From: Pseudogymnoascus verrucosus | Lineage: Eukaryota | DNA: 64,000 nt | Strand: one strand, 5' to 3' | Assembly: GCA_001662655.1 (NCBI GenBank) | Contig: KV460210.1 | In this document: positions 36,964 through 49,035 of the stretch, one piece after another | Position numbering within the stretch: the first letter of the stretch is position 1 | Layout: each line of letters starts with the position of its first letter | Made by a program: the position numbers and the translations under genes | The notes under the pieces: generated by a model | What the model saw: only the letters and a program-made list of their open reading frames with translations | Databases searched by the model: none | What the model was told of the DNA's origin: nothing

Positions 36964-39900
36964 ATGACACAACACACTGAGGGTGGCGGCCCCTCTAATG
37001 CTACAAACGGAAGCTTATCTCTCAGGCAAAGAGGCCAAGAAGCGCTCTTTCCGACTTCACGTCGGGATATTGACCTCTTCATCGAAAATGCCGTATCCAC
37101 GGGTAGAACCATCAGTGAAACATTGGCCGATGAATTGAGGCACGGCGATTTTGCGAACAATGAAGAGAATAATCTTCGCCCTATTCTAACGCTTGCCGAA
37201 GAACTTCGTAACTATCAGTCTCCAGTTGAGTTTACGATAGGCGTGGTTGGTGATTCCGGCGTTGGTAAGTGTCTCTCTCTTACATGGTTGCCAATTCTAA
37301 TCGTTTTGTAGGGAAAAGTAGCTTGATTAATTCGCTACTTAATGTACAGCGTCTAGCAAAAGCAGTAAGATTATGGGTTTGTGATTTCTATGCAACCTTT
37401 TAACAGTAATAGGGTGCGGATGGGACGGCTTGCACATCAGCTGCAACAGAATATAGGAAAAAACGCACGAGTGATCCTGACGCCTACAACGTCGAAATCG
37501 AATGTATGGATGACGGAGAGATTGACGGTTTGTTACGACAGTGCGTCGTGGATTACAGGCAGTACCATCTTCGAGACCTAGATCATCCTCTCGCCAACTC
37601 GGAGGAAGAGGTACTTCAAAAAAAAGCCAAGGTTGCTTGGGATACTCTCATGGCCGCATTTGGAAACACTCCTGGCTGTACCGAAGTGAGATTCCAAGAT
37701 CAGGCCATCTCCATTGATTACATACAGCGAGAAGTTCGTGCATGGAAAGATGGCATTCAGTGGCCAGTTGGATTCAACGCTCCAGGAGTTCTCATCCACT
37801 CCGCAGTTCCTGAAGACTGCGTCAGCGGGATTGATACCTTTTTAAGGGGGCGTATCTGGCCATTTGTGAAAGTAGTACGGTAAGAAGCGATGGCTATTAT
37901 TATATACGATCCACTGACACTGGTTAAAAGAATCTATCTTGATGCAGAGGTATTGAACAGCGGCCTTGTACTTGTTGATTTGCCTGGCAAGTTTTTGTGA
38001 CATATATTTGGCATACCGACTAACTTTAACAGGTTTCCATGACGCTAACTCAGCCCGCGTCAGCATAGCGGAAACGAGGCTATACCGGTGTGACAACATA
38101 TTTGTAGTCACTGATATTGGTCGTGCTTCTGCTAACCAGGGCGTCAATCAACTTGTTCGACAACTAGGGGCAAAGTTCAACAGTCTTAGGCGATCCCAAG
38201 GGATTGCTATTGTTTGCACCAAATCCGAGGTACGACAGAAATTGCGGGTTCGTTTCTCGATTCGATTAACATATAAATAGGTTTCTAGAACACAGGAGGC
38301 GGAGATTCTTCGGGATGTTCCAAGCACTGCAGAATTTAATACACAGATCACAGACCGTCTCTGGAATGATATAGCGGATGAAAGGGATGATAATAGACCA
38401 ACTTTGCACCTTGAAGCCAGGTATTCGCCCCAAGGCATCTAAATTACTTCAATATCTGACGAATGGTAGACGCACAAATCTATTTATATTTGCACGCAAC
38501 CAGCATGTACGCAGACTACTCAGAACCACCTATGAGACCAGAACACAAACTCGTCGAATTGAGATTTTTTGTGTATCCAATAATCTTTACGGTGAAGCTC
38601 AGGCTGAGGGTCGGGAGCTCGACGCTCGGATCAAGCGACCAGGCCGGCGTACTACAAACGCTACAGAACAGAACCAAGCCATACAAGCCAAGCTAGATGG
38701 GTCAGGGATTGACCAACTGCGGGACTTTTGCCAAGGTATTCCGTCGAGGTCTCAAATCGCAGAGACGAGGCACTTTCTAAACACAAGAGTGCTAGACCTT
38801 TTACAAAAGGTTGAGCTCTGGTGTAATGCGCGGAGCGCTTCTGAGGATCATCGACAGGCCCCAGTTGAGCTACTGCGTGCACTTCAAGCAAAGCTTAGAA
38901 ACGTAAGTTTTCTGTGTCTTACATGGCTTGAGACTAAACAGAATTAGGATTTTGATGCCTCGTTAGCAACAACCTATGACGAGTTATATGATGCTAAAGT
39001 AGAGATGCTCAGACGACCCTTTTGTTAGTTTTGCCATTGTACACATATTAGAGAAATGAGCTGATTGAAGTGTAGCTCAAGGTGTTAACAGCAGACTTTG
39101 GGAGCTGAAGGCAATTTCCTTCACTGAAACTTTATCAGGAGTTCGTCTTTAAGGGTTCTATATGGAAAATGTATGGCTAATGATTGTGTAGTGGGCCGTT
39201 CGTATGTGAATTGATACATACCGTTAGATAATTTCAACTAACAGACATACAGCGACCTTAGATGCATTCTGGAGGCAAGATGGTGCTTATCGAACTCAAG
39301 CTTCTCAGGGGTATGTCGACTGGAACGCAAACTTTATACAGGCAATGGTAGAGCGCTTTGAACCAACTGAGGCCTCATTCCAGTCCCGGAGCAACGAAAT
39401 ATTTGAAGACTTGGAGATATTAGTTCGCAGCAATCTGTCAGAACTAGAGGTTGGTCTACGGGGTATGTTACAGTAACAGAGCCGTCATCATTCAACAATT
39501 AACCACATTATAGGACTTGAAGGGGTGGAGTTCTTCATGCAAACTTTTCGCCGTCGACGCCGAAATCTTGCCTATGAGATAGAGCAAGTAACGACAGTAT
39601 TCTGCAGCCAGCTACAGTATATATAGTCCCCATCGTTGTAATCAAATCCGCTAACCTCCATTTCCCAGACTTGTCTTCCACGATCTCCTTAAGACTCATG
39701 GAACATCGTATGTGCGGCGTCACATGCTCCCAATGTATCAGTCAGTTGTTGAACCAGGGAGCGGCAAAAGAATTCGAATCATCCAGAAGCTGCGCACTAC
39801 AATCAGGGGTAATCGCGAAGACCGAAAACTCTTTAGTGTGATGAGTGATTTATTCCTCACAGAAATGGACAATCTACTCAATGAGACCAACGAGAAGATT

Positions 39901-40092
39901 AGAGCAGCTACGGATAGGTGCTGTGAGGACATTCGGATTGATCTTAGACTGTTGGATGTGGCTGCTCCGGCCGTTGATCAGGGATTCTTTATTCGAACAT
40001 TGTCCAGTTTATTAGAGCGATCAAAGACCGATAGAGATCAAGCTCAGAGCGAGTTTGATTCTCAATTCCCAGAGCCTGCATCGTCTGTTTGA
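36964..40092 (+). CDS. Dynamin-superfamily GTPase (SLIP-GC-like / Dynamin_N domain); ~12 exons including a 10-nt micro-exon
   Basis: G1 GVVGDSGVGKSSLINSLL, GTACT, IWPFVKVVR, G3 LVLVDLPGFHDANSAR, VCTKSE; helical C-terminus. Confidence 0.75.
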
Positions 40093-40419
40093 ACAAATAT
40101 AGATGGTAGAATGAGGTCGATTACATGGGTCCCGCTAGCTAGTTGTGAATTTTATTTTGTGGTTGTTCCTTTCAGATGCCAAGGGTCTGGTGACACGAAC
40201 GCATTCCAAACCTGTTGGGACTGTTCGGATCAGTGACACCATGATTGATGATATCCACCGAATATACTATCACGCCAAAAAAAAGGGGGGGGGGGGGAGG
40301 GAGGAGGGTGGGGGGTAACCTGTACAACTCTATTCCCGACTGACGTAGCTACGGACATCACAATTACAAGCGTGAGAAAGCATCACTATAGAATTAAGCT
40401 TCTATGGAGAGACGAATAT

Positions 40420-42845
40420 TTACAGCCCATGACCGCTATCTAATCCGTAGAAAAAATTTAAGCCCTCATCGTCAAGGTTTGGCCATTGATACAGTGGCAC
40501 CCCCTCCCCTGTGTTGCTCATCAACGCGCACCACGCGTCATATCCATTCATTACCGAGGCTGCCTCGCCATCCGCCAGACTAGGAAGAAACGCCGTGTCG
40601 TCGTTGTAGAACTGGGTTCCTTCCTCTTGCAAGTGCGGCCAGCAGAGCTTCAGGCTGATTTCTCGACATTTAGAGCTGTTGGGGCTTAGTTCTGACATGG
40701 CGTCCATGACAGCTAACGAAGCTCGTATTTGAGAGCGCCAGTCAGGGGCCAGTGGATGCCGTGGGTTGTGTCTTAAACAATGGATGGGGACCAAAGTGGC
40801 GTGGAACAAGAAGTACCTGTAGACGATTGTTAGTTTGGCTCAAGCGTCCGTTTACCTGAAGATGATGACAACTTACAAGACATACCACGCCGCGAGTCTG
40901 AAGTGTGACCGAGACATCCAATACTCTTCGACGGACAAGATAGTCTCCTTTGCTGCGTCAAGACATCTGAAAACAGCTAAACTTTCGGTGCTTGATGAGG
41001 CTTGCTGATCGTATAGTGACGAGCTTAGGGCCCATCTAACTAGGAATGGGCGATACATAACAATTCTGAGATTTCGGTATCGCCACTTCGAAATTCCAAC
41101 GCCGAGCGCATGTTTTGATCCCGCTGGAGGAAAGTCGACGTAGTAGTGTGGCCATTGTGCGAGCCAGGCGCCAATGTTTTCATCGTCCAGAGTGATCAGT
41201 TCCGCAGCATTTGGGAAAGATCCGGTAATAAGGCGATTATAGATGCCCATCGTCCTAAGATGGTACGACGACTGGATCCGAAGATACGTATATAAAGTCA
41301 GGCCGTCGGCCTCTGGCGGGTATGGTGCTGAGTCCGAAACCAGATCCTACGAGGCATTAGTGTTAAAAGACTATTAGAATTCATCAATTTCCACTGACCT
41401 CTTCATGTATGCTCATCGGGAGGGCCGTCTCAACTCCGGCCTGAGGCCAGTTCAGGGGCCGCCCATAGGTTACGGTGGCACCAACATCAAGAACACAGAG
41501 GGTCCACCATACCCTGCGGCGAATTTCCATCTGCAGCGGGGGGAGATTTCCCTGTTCAAACTCTTTATGAAGACCCAGCCCGATGCCCAGACGGAGGGCT
41601 ACTCCACCATAGTTGTAGCCCGTGTTCGGCTTGTTCCTTTTTTGAAGGTAGGTAGCTGACAGGCCGAATGCCTGGACAAGAGTTAGGTTCCCAACCTCGA
41701 GATTGTCAGCGAACAAGCTTTTCTGTGCCGCTTGGAATATGGGCAGGTCCGTGGCATCGGAGCAGTTGCTGCTGGCAAACGAACCAAGCGCAGCAAGAAT
41801 ATTGGCGAGGGTGTTCCAATTCTCCTTATCAGGGCGAGGCAGGGTGCCATCATATTGCGCCCGGAAAGTCGGCTCGTGTACGATTGGGAAGGTAGGATGA
41901 TAAAATGAGAAGAAGGCGTCGATGAGATTTCCAACTACTACCCGGGTTAGTATGGATTGCGAACGATACCACTGGGTCTGGTCCGTCTGCTGCTGGAATA
42001 GGGACTCTAAATGCTGTGGTTGAACTCCAGCCTCAGCCCCTTCCCCATCCTTACGGGCTGATAATATCTGGCGCAGGAGAGCAGCTCCGGAAACAGCACC
42101 TAGGTAGCCTCTGTGGTCGCCCACAGACAGCGAAGCCATGCCATCCACAATATCTTGTGGAGCCTCGCTGTCCCCAGCATCCATAGCTGGCCCATACGCG
42201 GACCATGACGACTCATTCCACTCGAAGTCGTTAGCTAGGGAGGGTGCAAGCTCATAAGATCCGGCCGAGTGTCCAGCTCCAGAGAGCGGCTCTACCCCCA
42301 GTTCAATACCGTGTACGAGCTGTGAGGTCCCGGCTAAATATGACGATGAAGTCGCCTCACTTGATCCGGAGGGAAGAGCTTCAGGTGCGGGGATGTTGTT
42401 GTGGGACGACGGCGTCGCAGAACTGCTGCTGGGATACAGAGGTAAGCTGCCTAGGGCTGGCCTTACAGCAGCTGCTCCGTCCATCATTTCTGCAAGCTGC
42501 GCCTCCGTAAAGTGGCTCCTTAAGAGGGCTTCTGCTTTTTCAAGTCGCTCCTCTAGGATCGTGAGTTGCCTACAGTTATCCATATCAGCAGGCGGAGCTT
42601 TGGGTCCAGAAGCTGACAACACATGTCGCCAGAAGGATTGCCTACTTTCTTGTCAAGCGGGTTTTACTATGCTTGTCGTATAGACAATGGCGTCTATACT
42701 TCTGGCATACTGCGCAGACAGGCATAGTGCCGTCGCACTCGACTCTCCGCCGACGGCATTCTCGACACGAAGTTGGCGCCTCCGCCACGGATCCTCTTGC
42801 TACGCTTGCTCCTGGAGGAGAGAATACAGGAGGTTTGGTGTCCAT
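40420..42845 (-). CDS. Zn(II)2Cys6 transcription factor (resembles the RhaR/GaaR-like sugar regulator group)
   Basis: SCRECRRRRVECDGTMPVCAVCQKYRRHCLY; YLQKRNKPNTGYNY...LGLHKEF...EIRRRVWW; WRYRNLRIVMYRPF. Confidence 0.88.
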
Positions 42846-43488
42846 AATTCACGTAGATCAAACATGAAGAGTCTTTTCACTGGGTTTCTTTTGTCATGTG
42901 CCGAGTTTTCATAACTCGTTCCATGTAGGCATCTTAAAAAAACCGCCTCCGCAATCCCCGATATTAACCCCACAACATCTAGAGCCGATGGGTGGGGCAA
43001 ATCAGGAGTTGTGTGGAGGGCTTTGAGTGGCGCACCAATGTAAGTGGCGCAGTCAACACCATTCATCCACATTAGGTCTAGGCAGTCTCCGCACTCTTTA
43101 CAATATTTGGGTTACTTTCAACGATCCGGTTCATGGTTTAGCCGTGGTCGAAAGCAAAGGGCGTTCGCGAGGCGATGTGGAAGCAAGATGTGTTCGCGAC
43201 CACCAAATATTATAGGTACATTTACATAGTAAATTGTATATAACGTGACTTATGGTAACAAAAAGAGAAATGTAGTAGAATTGTTCTAATAAAAACATAT
43301 ATTTATAATTTTGTATTCCATACTATTGTGCTTACTCTAGAGTCTAGATTTGTAACTCCAAGGGTGACCATTGGCCTACAACATACTGGATGGCTATGGT
43401 ATAGCGTCCGCGGGTATCATCGGTGTCGATGGTCTTGAACAATTTAACTCCACCAGGCCATAGTATTGCCTAGCAACCCATTCTAGGC

Positions 43489-45306
43489 TTATACCAGGTA
43501 TCTAAATCCCCTCTGCATCCTCATAGACTCGTCAGGCTGGTTCATCACCTCCTTAACAAAGTCAGGCTCGGTATCCAAGGCCCTCTCCTGCTCCTCGAGC
43601 TTCTTGTTGAGGTTGGTAAGGACAAAACGGAAGATGAAGCAGCCGACGATGGTAATGCCAAACATGGCCGTCACGATACCGTAGCTCTTGCGGAACCCAT
43701 TCGCCGGGAGATTCCAGACGTACGAGCCGGCAACATTACCAAGCTGACTAAATGCGTTGACCATTGCGATTGCAACGGCGCGCTTAGCAGGTGGGCGCGG
43801 GAACGATGAGCTGATCCAAGAGTACAAAACAATAAACCTAGTGATTTATCCTCGTTAGTACTTCGTAGACAGTTTCTGGTTTCCACCGGGAAAAGATGAA
43901 AAGGGGGGGTTGTGGTATTTCTGACGGGAAAGGACTAACCCTGCGTAAGAAGATGCTTGCAAGAAGAGAGCGACATATCGAGCAGCGACATTCAATGTAC
44001 TCATGCTGATCACGAAACCAACTAATCCAACACAGATCGGTCCGACAATGTGCCAGAACTAGACAAGTCTGTTAGTTACCCATGGGTAAATCTTTAGGAT
44101 AATTTTCGACTAACCTTCTCTTGATGCCTATCGGAGCTCCAGGCAACGATCAGAGAGAAAATACAAGAACACACCCACGGTGGCGCACTCATGAGTAGAG
44201 TTGGCACATAGCCGAAGCCGAGTGTTTTGGTAAGAGTAGGCTGCAACAGAGTTAGAACCATGGGGTACTGGAGGCGAGCGAGAAGGAGATACTTACGAAG
44301 AAAGCGTTGAAGGAAAGGCCAACAACGTAGGCGGTTAAAGTCAACATCAGAATGTACATCTTAGTGTCTTTCAAAGCCATGAGCAGTCCACCGAAGGCCC
44401 CTTGGTCCTCGGAATCTGTGTCAGCCTCGCCAACATCCTCGGTCATCCGCAGTTGGGCTAGTTCAAGCTCCTCCTTCGTGAAGCCACGAGTGTTGTGGGG
44501 CAGGTCAGGGAGAATAAAGGCAGCAGAAAGGGCGATGCCCATAGTGATGGCTCCCTCGACTAAAAAGATAAAACGGTCAGCAATTGGTCTAGCGACGACT
44601 AAATCAAGGTGGCAATAGACTTACTCCAGAACAGCCAACGCCAAGCAGCATGACCCAGCACACCTTGCATGTTTGAGAGCACTCCAGCACCGATAAGAGC
44701 CGAAAAGGCATTTGAGATGAGATTTCCACAGAAAAGGATGGCATTCCTTGTCGTCAGCTCTCGGCGGGTATACCACTTCGACAGGATGAGTAAAGCTCCC
44801 GGAAGGAAAGCAGCCTCAATAAAACCGAGGAAGAAACGGATCAACACCATGCCGGCAAAGTTGTTCACCACACCCGATAGGGTTGATACAAGGCCCCAGA
44901 CAATCATTACTGCGGAGATGTAGAGCGAGGGGCGCTGGATTTTGTTCATGAACATGTTGGAGGGGACCTGCATGAGAATGTACCCAACGTAGAGGATACT
45001 GAGGCAGGTTGCGTATTGGTTGTTATCCAAGTGAAGATCATCTTGAAGACCCTTTAGTCGCGCAGCAGCAATGTTGTTGCGATCAAGGTAGTTCATAATG
45101 TAGATGAGGACGAAGAGCGCGCATCGAGAATCGAGTTTCCGCTTCAGGCTCTTCTCAACACGCGCGCGATGCTCAGGGTCGGCGAGCGAGGATAGCCCGA
45201 CAGCATTCTCGTTGGGCGCCGTCTTCTGGAAGTTTTCGATTCCTTCAGAAGTCGGCTTGTCGACCTGGGCCGCATGTGCGCCCTCTTTAGATAATTGGTC
45301 TGCCAT
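43489..45306 (-). CDS. MFS transporter, anion:cation symporter (Dal5/Tna1-like) family; multi-exon
   Basis: NYLDRNNIAAARL, SILYVGYILMQVPSN, RFFLGFIEAAFLPG, WYTRREL, AWRWLF, LPDLP, KRAVAIAMVN. Confidence 0.92.
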
Positions 45307-46579
45307 TGTGTCGTTTCTCAGCTTGACCGGCAGCTTAAGAGAGGCGACAACGAGTGATTGGGATGAAAGAGCAAGAGAAAAGCATTCAACAGAAACTCTC
45401 AAAAGATCCCCACGAATCTGGGGTATGGGGTAATTATAGTTATAGTTTTCTGTACATCACCTGGTGAAATTATTTGCCGGTGACTTCAATGGAGAACTCA
45501 CTTCCATGTCGATCTCAAATCTCAACGGAGGCTCAACTAACTGGCCCCTCTGGGGTCCATTACGCCTTGCTAGTTGGAGTCTAGTTGGTAAAAATTCATG
45601 TGGGTAGGCTGACTGTCAGCCACCTATCAACGTGCCCGATCGTGCAGAACTCGCCCCAAGACGAAAGCGCGAGCTTAACATGACGTTTCGTTCCAGGGGC
45701 CTGCAACTGCTGTGGGACCAAAGGGACCACTAATTCAGATCATCAGATGGCAAGTAAAAGTCTCGGCCAAATTGTTTCAAATATTTATATAATATTTCAC
45801 CGAAATCCCCACGATCGAACCATGCTGTTCCCCGTATTCAAGTAGACAGTCGACCTCACACGTGGGGTAAAATGAGGGGTGATCTTAGGATTGGGGAAAC
45901 CCCAGCTCGAAAAAGCGAAGTGGTCGAGGAATTCCAGGTGTTTTCTGTGGTCGCCACCCTTTAAATGCGCGAGCAGGGGCAACTGGCCAATCAAATACGC
46001 GACTACATAATTCTAGGTACATCGGCCTCGTTGCCAAGCCCATCGTGGCTTTTTAACGTATGTTGCCCCTGTATAACTATGTAGGCTTGGCATATATTAT
46101 AGCGGCATTCTCTATATAACACCCACAGTAGCAATAATTAGTTTATCAGCGCCGTTAGTTTATTAAGACGTTGTATAGAGGCTGGGGAGGTTGACCGGGA
46201 GGCTGACTGGGAGGCGGTCAGGGCGGGGAGAGCGGTGAGGCGGGGATGTAGGATATTGTGCTGGGAGTGCAGAAATATTATGTCTGTGGATTGAAGGCCC
46301 ACTCAAGGGGTATCTAGAGGGGATTGTAGTGAATGACTATATCTGCAGTCTTAAACGATCTATTTGTGAACAATGTAATAGGTGCGGGGGTGAGATGAGA
46401 TGAAATGGCGTGGCGTGGCATTTCCTGTGCTGTTCGCGAAGTGATGTCGTTATAATTGATTCCTAGTGAACAATCGCTGTTAGTCAAATTTTAGCATGTT
46501 ATCTTTCATGTACCCAAAGGCTTATATAGTAACTGCTCATGATTCAATATCTCCGAGGAGGCAGGTGCCACGTTTCATC

Positions 46580-46832
46580 TAGGGTGCCCCATGGGGAATC
46601 GGTGGTCCCAGACCGCCGGTTCGGAGGATTTCCAACCCAGGCCGCGGTCTGGGTTGGAACTCCAGGGCAAGCCGTCCAGACCACTGTGGTCCCCCACCGG
46701 TTTCTTGGCAGACCGGTGGGGGACCGTGAGTTATTGGCTTCAAACCGGCCATGGGTCGGTCTGGGTCGGTCTGGGTCGGTCCCCCGCTGGGGTCGGTTCC
46801 CCGCTGGGGTCGGCTCCCCATGACACACCCTA
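46580..46832. mobile_element. Non-autonomous hAT-type MITE (253 bp)
   Basis: Imperfect TIRs TAGGGTGCCCCATGGGGA / reverse complement TAGGGTGTGTCATGGGGA; 8-bp TSD GTTTCATC (46572-46579) / GTCTCATC (46833-46840); GC-rich subterminal repeats TGGGTCGGTC x3 and CCCCGCTGGGGTCGG x2. Confidence 0.8.
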
Positions 46833-47594
46833 GTCTCATCGCCGAACGCGTACCTCGCCAGGTGACCTATCTGTTGCTCGATATTTCTTTGCGCTCTACG
46901 AAAATAGAATGGATTCAATCTCTAGTGGGGATGTGTATTGCCCTCCACTGCGTCAATACTTAAAAATATCCTGCCAGGGGACTGTGGCTTCTCGTCGAAC
47001 ATTAAATGAAACAGCAAAAGCCTGATCACTCTCGACGAGCTGATCTTCGTATTGTCACAACTATCCATGGACCCCTTATAAAGTACTTACTGCTGGCGAA
47101 TGTACCATGGCTATGTGCTTCGCAACAAACTTATAGATACGAATGGTTTAAATGAAACCCCTCCAAACGGGCCGCAAGGCAATGTGAGCAATCGTATGTG
47201 GACTACGATGCGTCTCATGGTGCGCCATATAGTCTCAAGTATAAGTAAATTTATTCTCATGATATCCCTAGGGAAACCCCCAATACCTCGTATTTTCTTC
47301 TCTGCGCTCAATGAGGAACGATATCTCTCAATATTACTTGTAATCCAATCGACCGGTAAAAATACCTCCGCACCCTCGACAATCTCTTTCTGGATACAGT
47401 AGCTCCCGCAACTTTCAAAGTCACTCCAAGTGATCTTGCTTCAAATAAGAGAAGAGGTGTTGACCTGCTTCGGCGCATAAAATATATTAAATAGAAGATG
47501 GATAAACGAGTCGAAACTTTTAAATTAAGGTTATATTATAATAAGGTCGTAATATGACATGACGTGGCATAACAAGCGAGGCGAACACAGCAAC

Positions 47595-49035
47595 CTAGTT
47601 CCCCCTTAAATCAACCATACTCTCCGACTTGCTCTCCGGGGTGCCGGTGCCCATGACAGTCCGCCTAGGTAGATCCGTGAGGGCGATGAAGCTGCGCCGA
47701 GGCGGGGAGATGAGGGCCTTGAACGCGGGGATGGAGGTGGATATGTAGATTACGGCGTTCCAGAAGCCCTGGAGGGGCAGGAAGATCGACTCGATAAAGT
47801 TAAGGGGGAAGCTAACGAGCTCGGGGTTCACGAGGGTGGCGACTCGATTAATGGTTGCCGGAACCTAAGGGGGAAAGATGTTAGCTTGGGCGGGGGAGAT
47901 TTAGATGAAGGAGACAGCTCACCCAAGTTATTAGCAACGCGAAGAAGAACAGTAAGGCACACTTGAGGTAGGCCCAGGCAGCCCGGTCGGCGGTCGACGT
48001 GGTGCGCCGCTGCGGCGCCTGGCCATCATTCCTTGCCGTGGGCTCGATGGAGGATTCGATATTAACCGCGTAGCGGGGGTATTTCTCGGCGCTGGGGCGG
48101 GCCTTAAAGTTGTCGCGGTCGCTGTCAAAGGCAGTGTCAAAGCCAGATTCGAGCACGGACTCGCTGGTGATGTGCACCTCAGTCGTCTTGGAATTGACGG
48201 GCGCGTCACCGCTGTCGGCGCCGTCGTTAGGGATGGCGGTCGTGGTCGCGTTATCGGTCGTTGTGTGGAGGTTGCGGAATTGGCGGTGGTTCTTATAGAC
48301 GACCTTGCCGACGAAGGCGTAGATGGTCATGGTGATGAGGAGGACGACCCTGGAACGATTAGAATCCTGCTTGGTGAGAAGGGTGTAAGGATGCACATAC
48401 CAGACGGGCCCATAGAAGATCGCAATGCGCAGAGCGTTCCACTCAACGGTGATCCAGCACCAGAGCTACGCGGAACAGTTAACAGCCGAATGAAGCACAG
48501 GAACATGCCAGACTCACTGTCGCGGATCCGAAAATCCTTCCCTTGTCCTCAGTCCCAGCGAATACGAAGGCGATGGCAGGAACGAAGGGGACGCCATAGC
48601 AAAACAACAGATATTTCAACTCTAGGGAGCGAAGTTGACTTGCTGAGTAGCGGTGAAAAAATGTGAGGTAGACGTTGAATGCCATAGCCAACGTCCAGAG
48701 GGAATCAGCGGGCATGAACCTTTAGAGAGTCAGCAGGTAGATTAAAAAGGCGGAAAGGCAACAGAGAAGCCCACTCACATCTGGATAATAAAGGCCTGAA
48801 GCTGGCATAGGGGGGAAGTGACGCCTGCAGCTATGCCTGACCGAGATATGAGAGTAGCAACGTTGGTGGCCATGTTGCCCCATGATGCATAGAAGACGAG
48901 GCGGTTGATAGGCTTGTGGAAGGCCTCTGAGTAGAGGTAAGTGCTAATAACGAAGACGCTCCCAACTACTGAAAAAACAGAGGAGACACGCTCTGCGGTC
49001 TGAAGGGCCCCAAGCTGGTAATTGGTGAGCGACAT
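47595..49035 (-). CDS. cAMP-receptor-like G-protein-coupled receptor (fungal CRL class); 4 exons
   Basis: FHKPINRLVFYASWGN, LCQLQAFIIQ, MPADSLWTLAMAFNVYLTF, CYGVPF, WCWI, FYGPVW, AAWAYLKCALLFF, LPLQGFWN. Confidence 0.9.

Noticed and set aside
46539..46963. Several overlapping ORFs of 70-124 aa
   Set aside because: They arise from the GC-rich, stop-poor MITE and have no recognisable protein motifs
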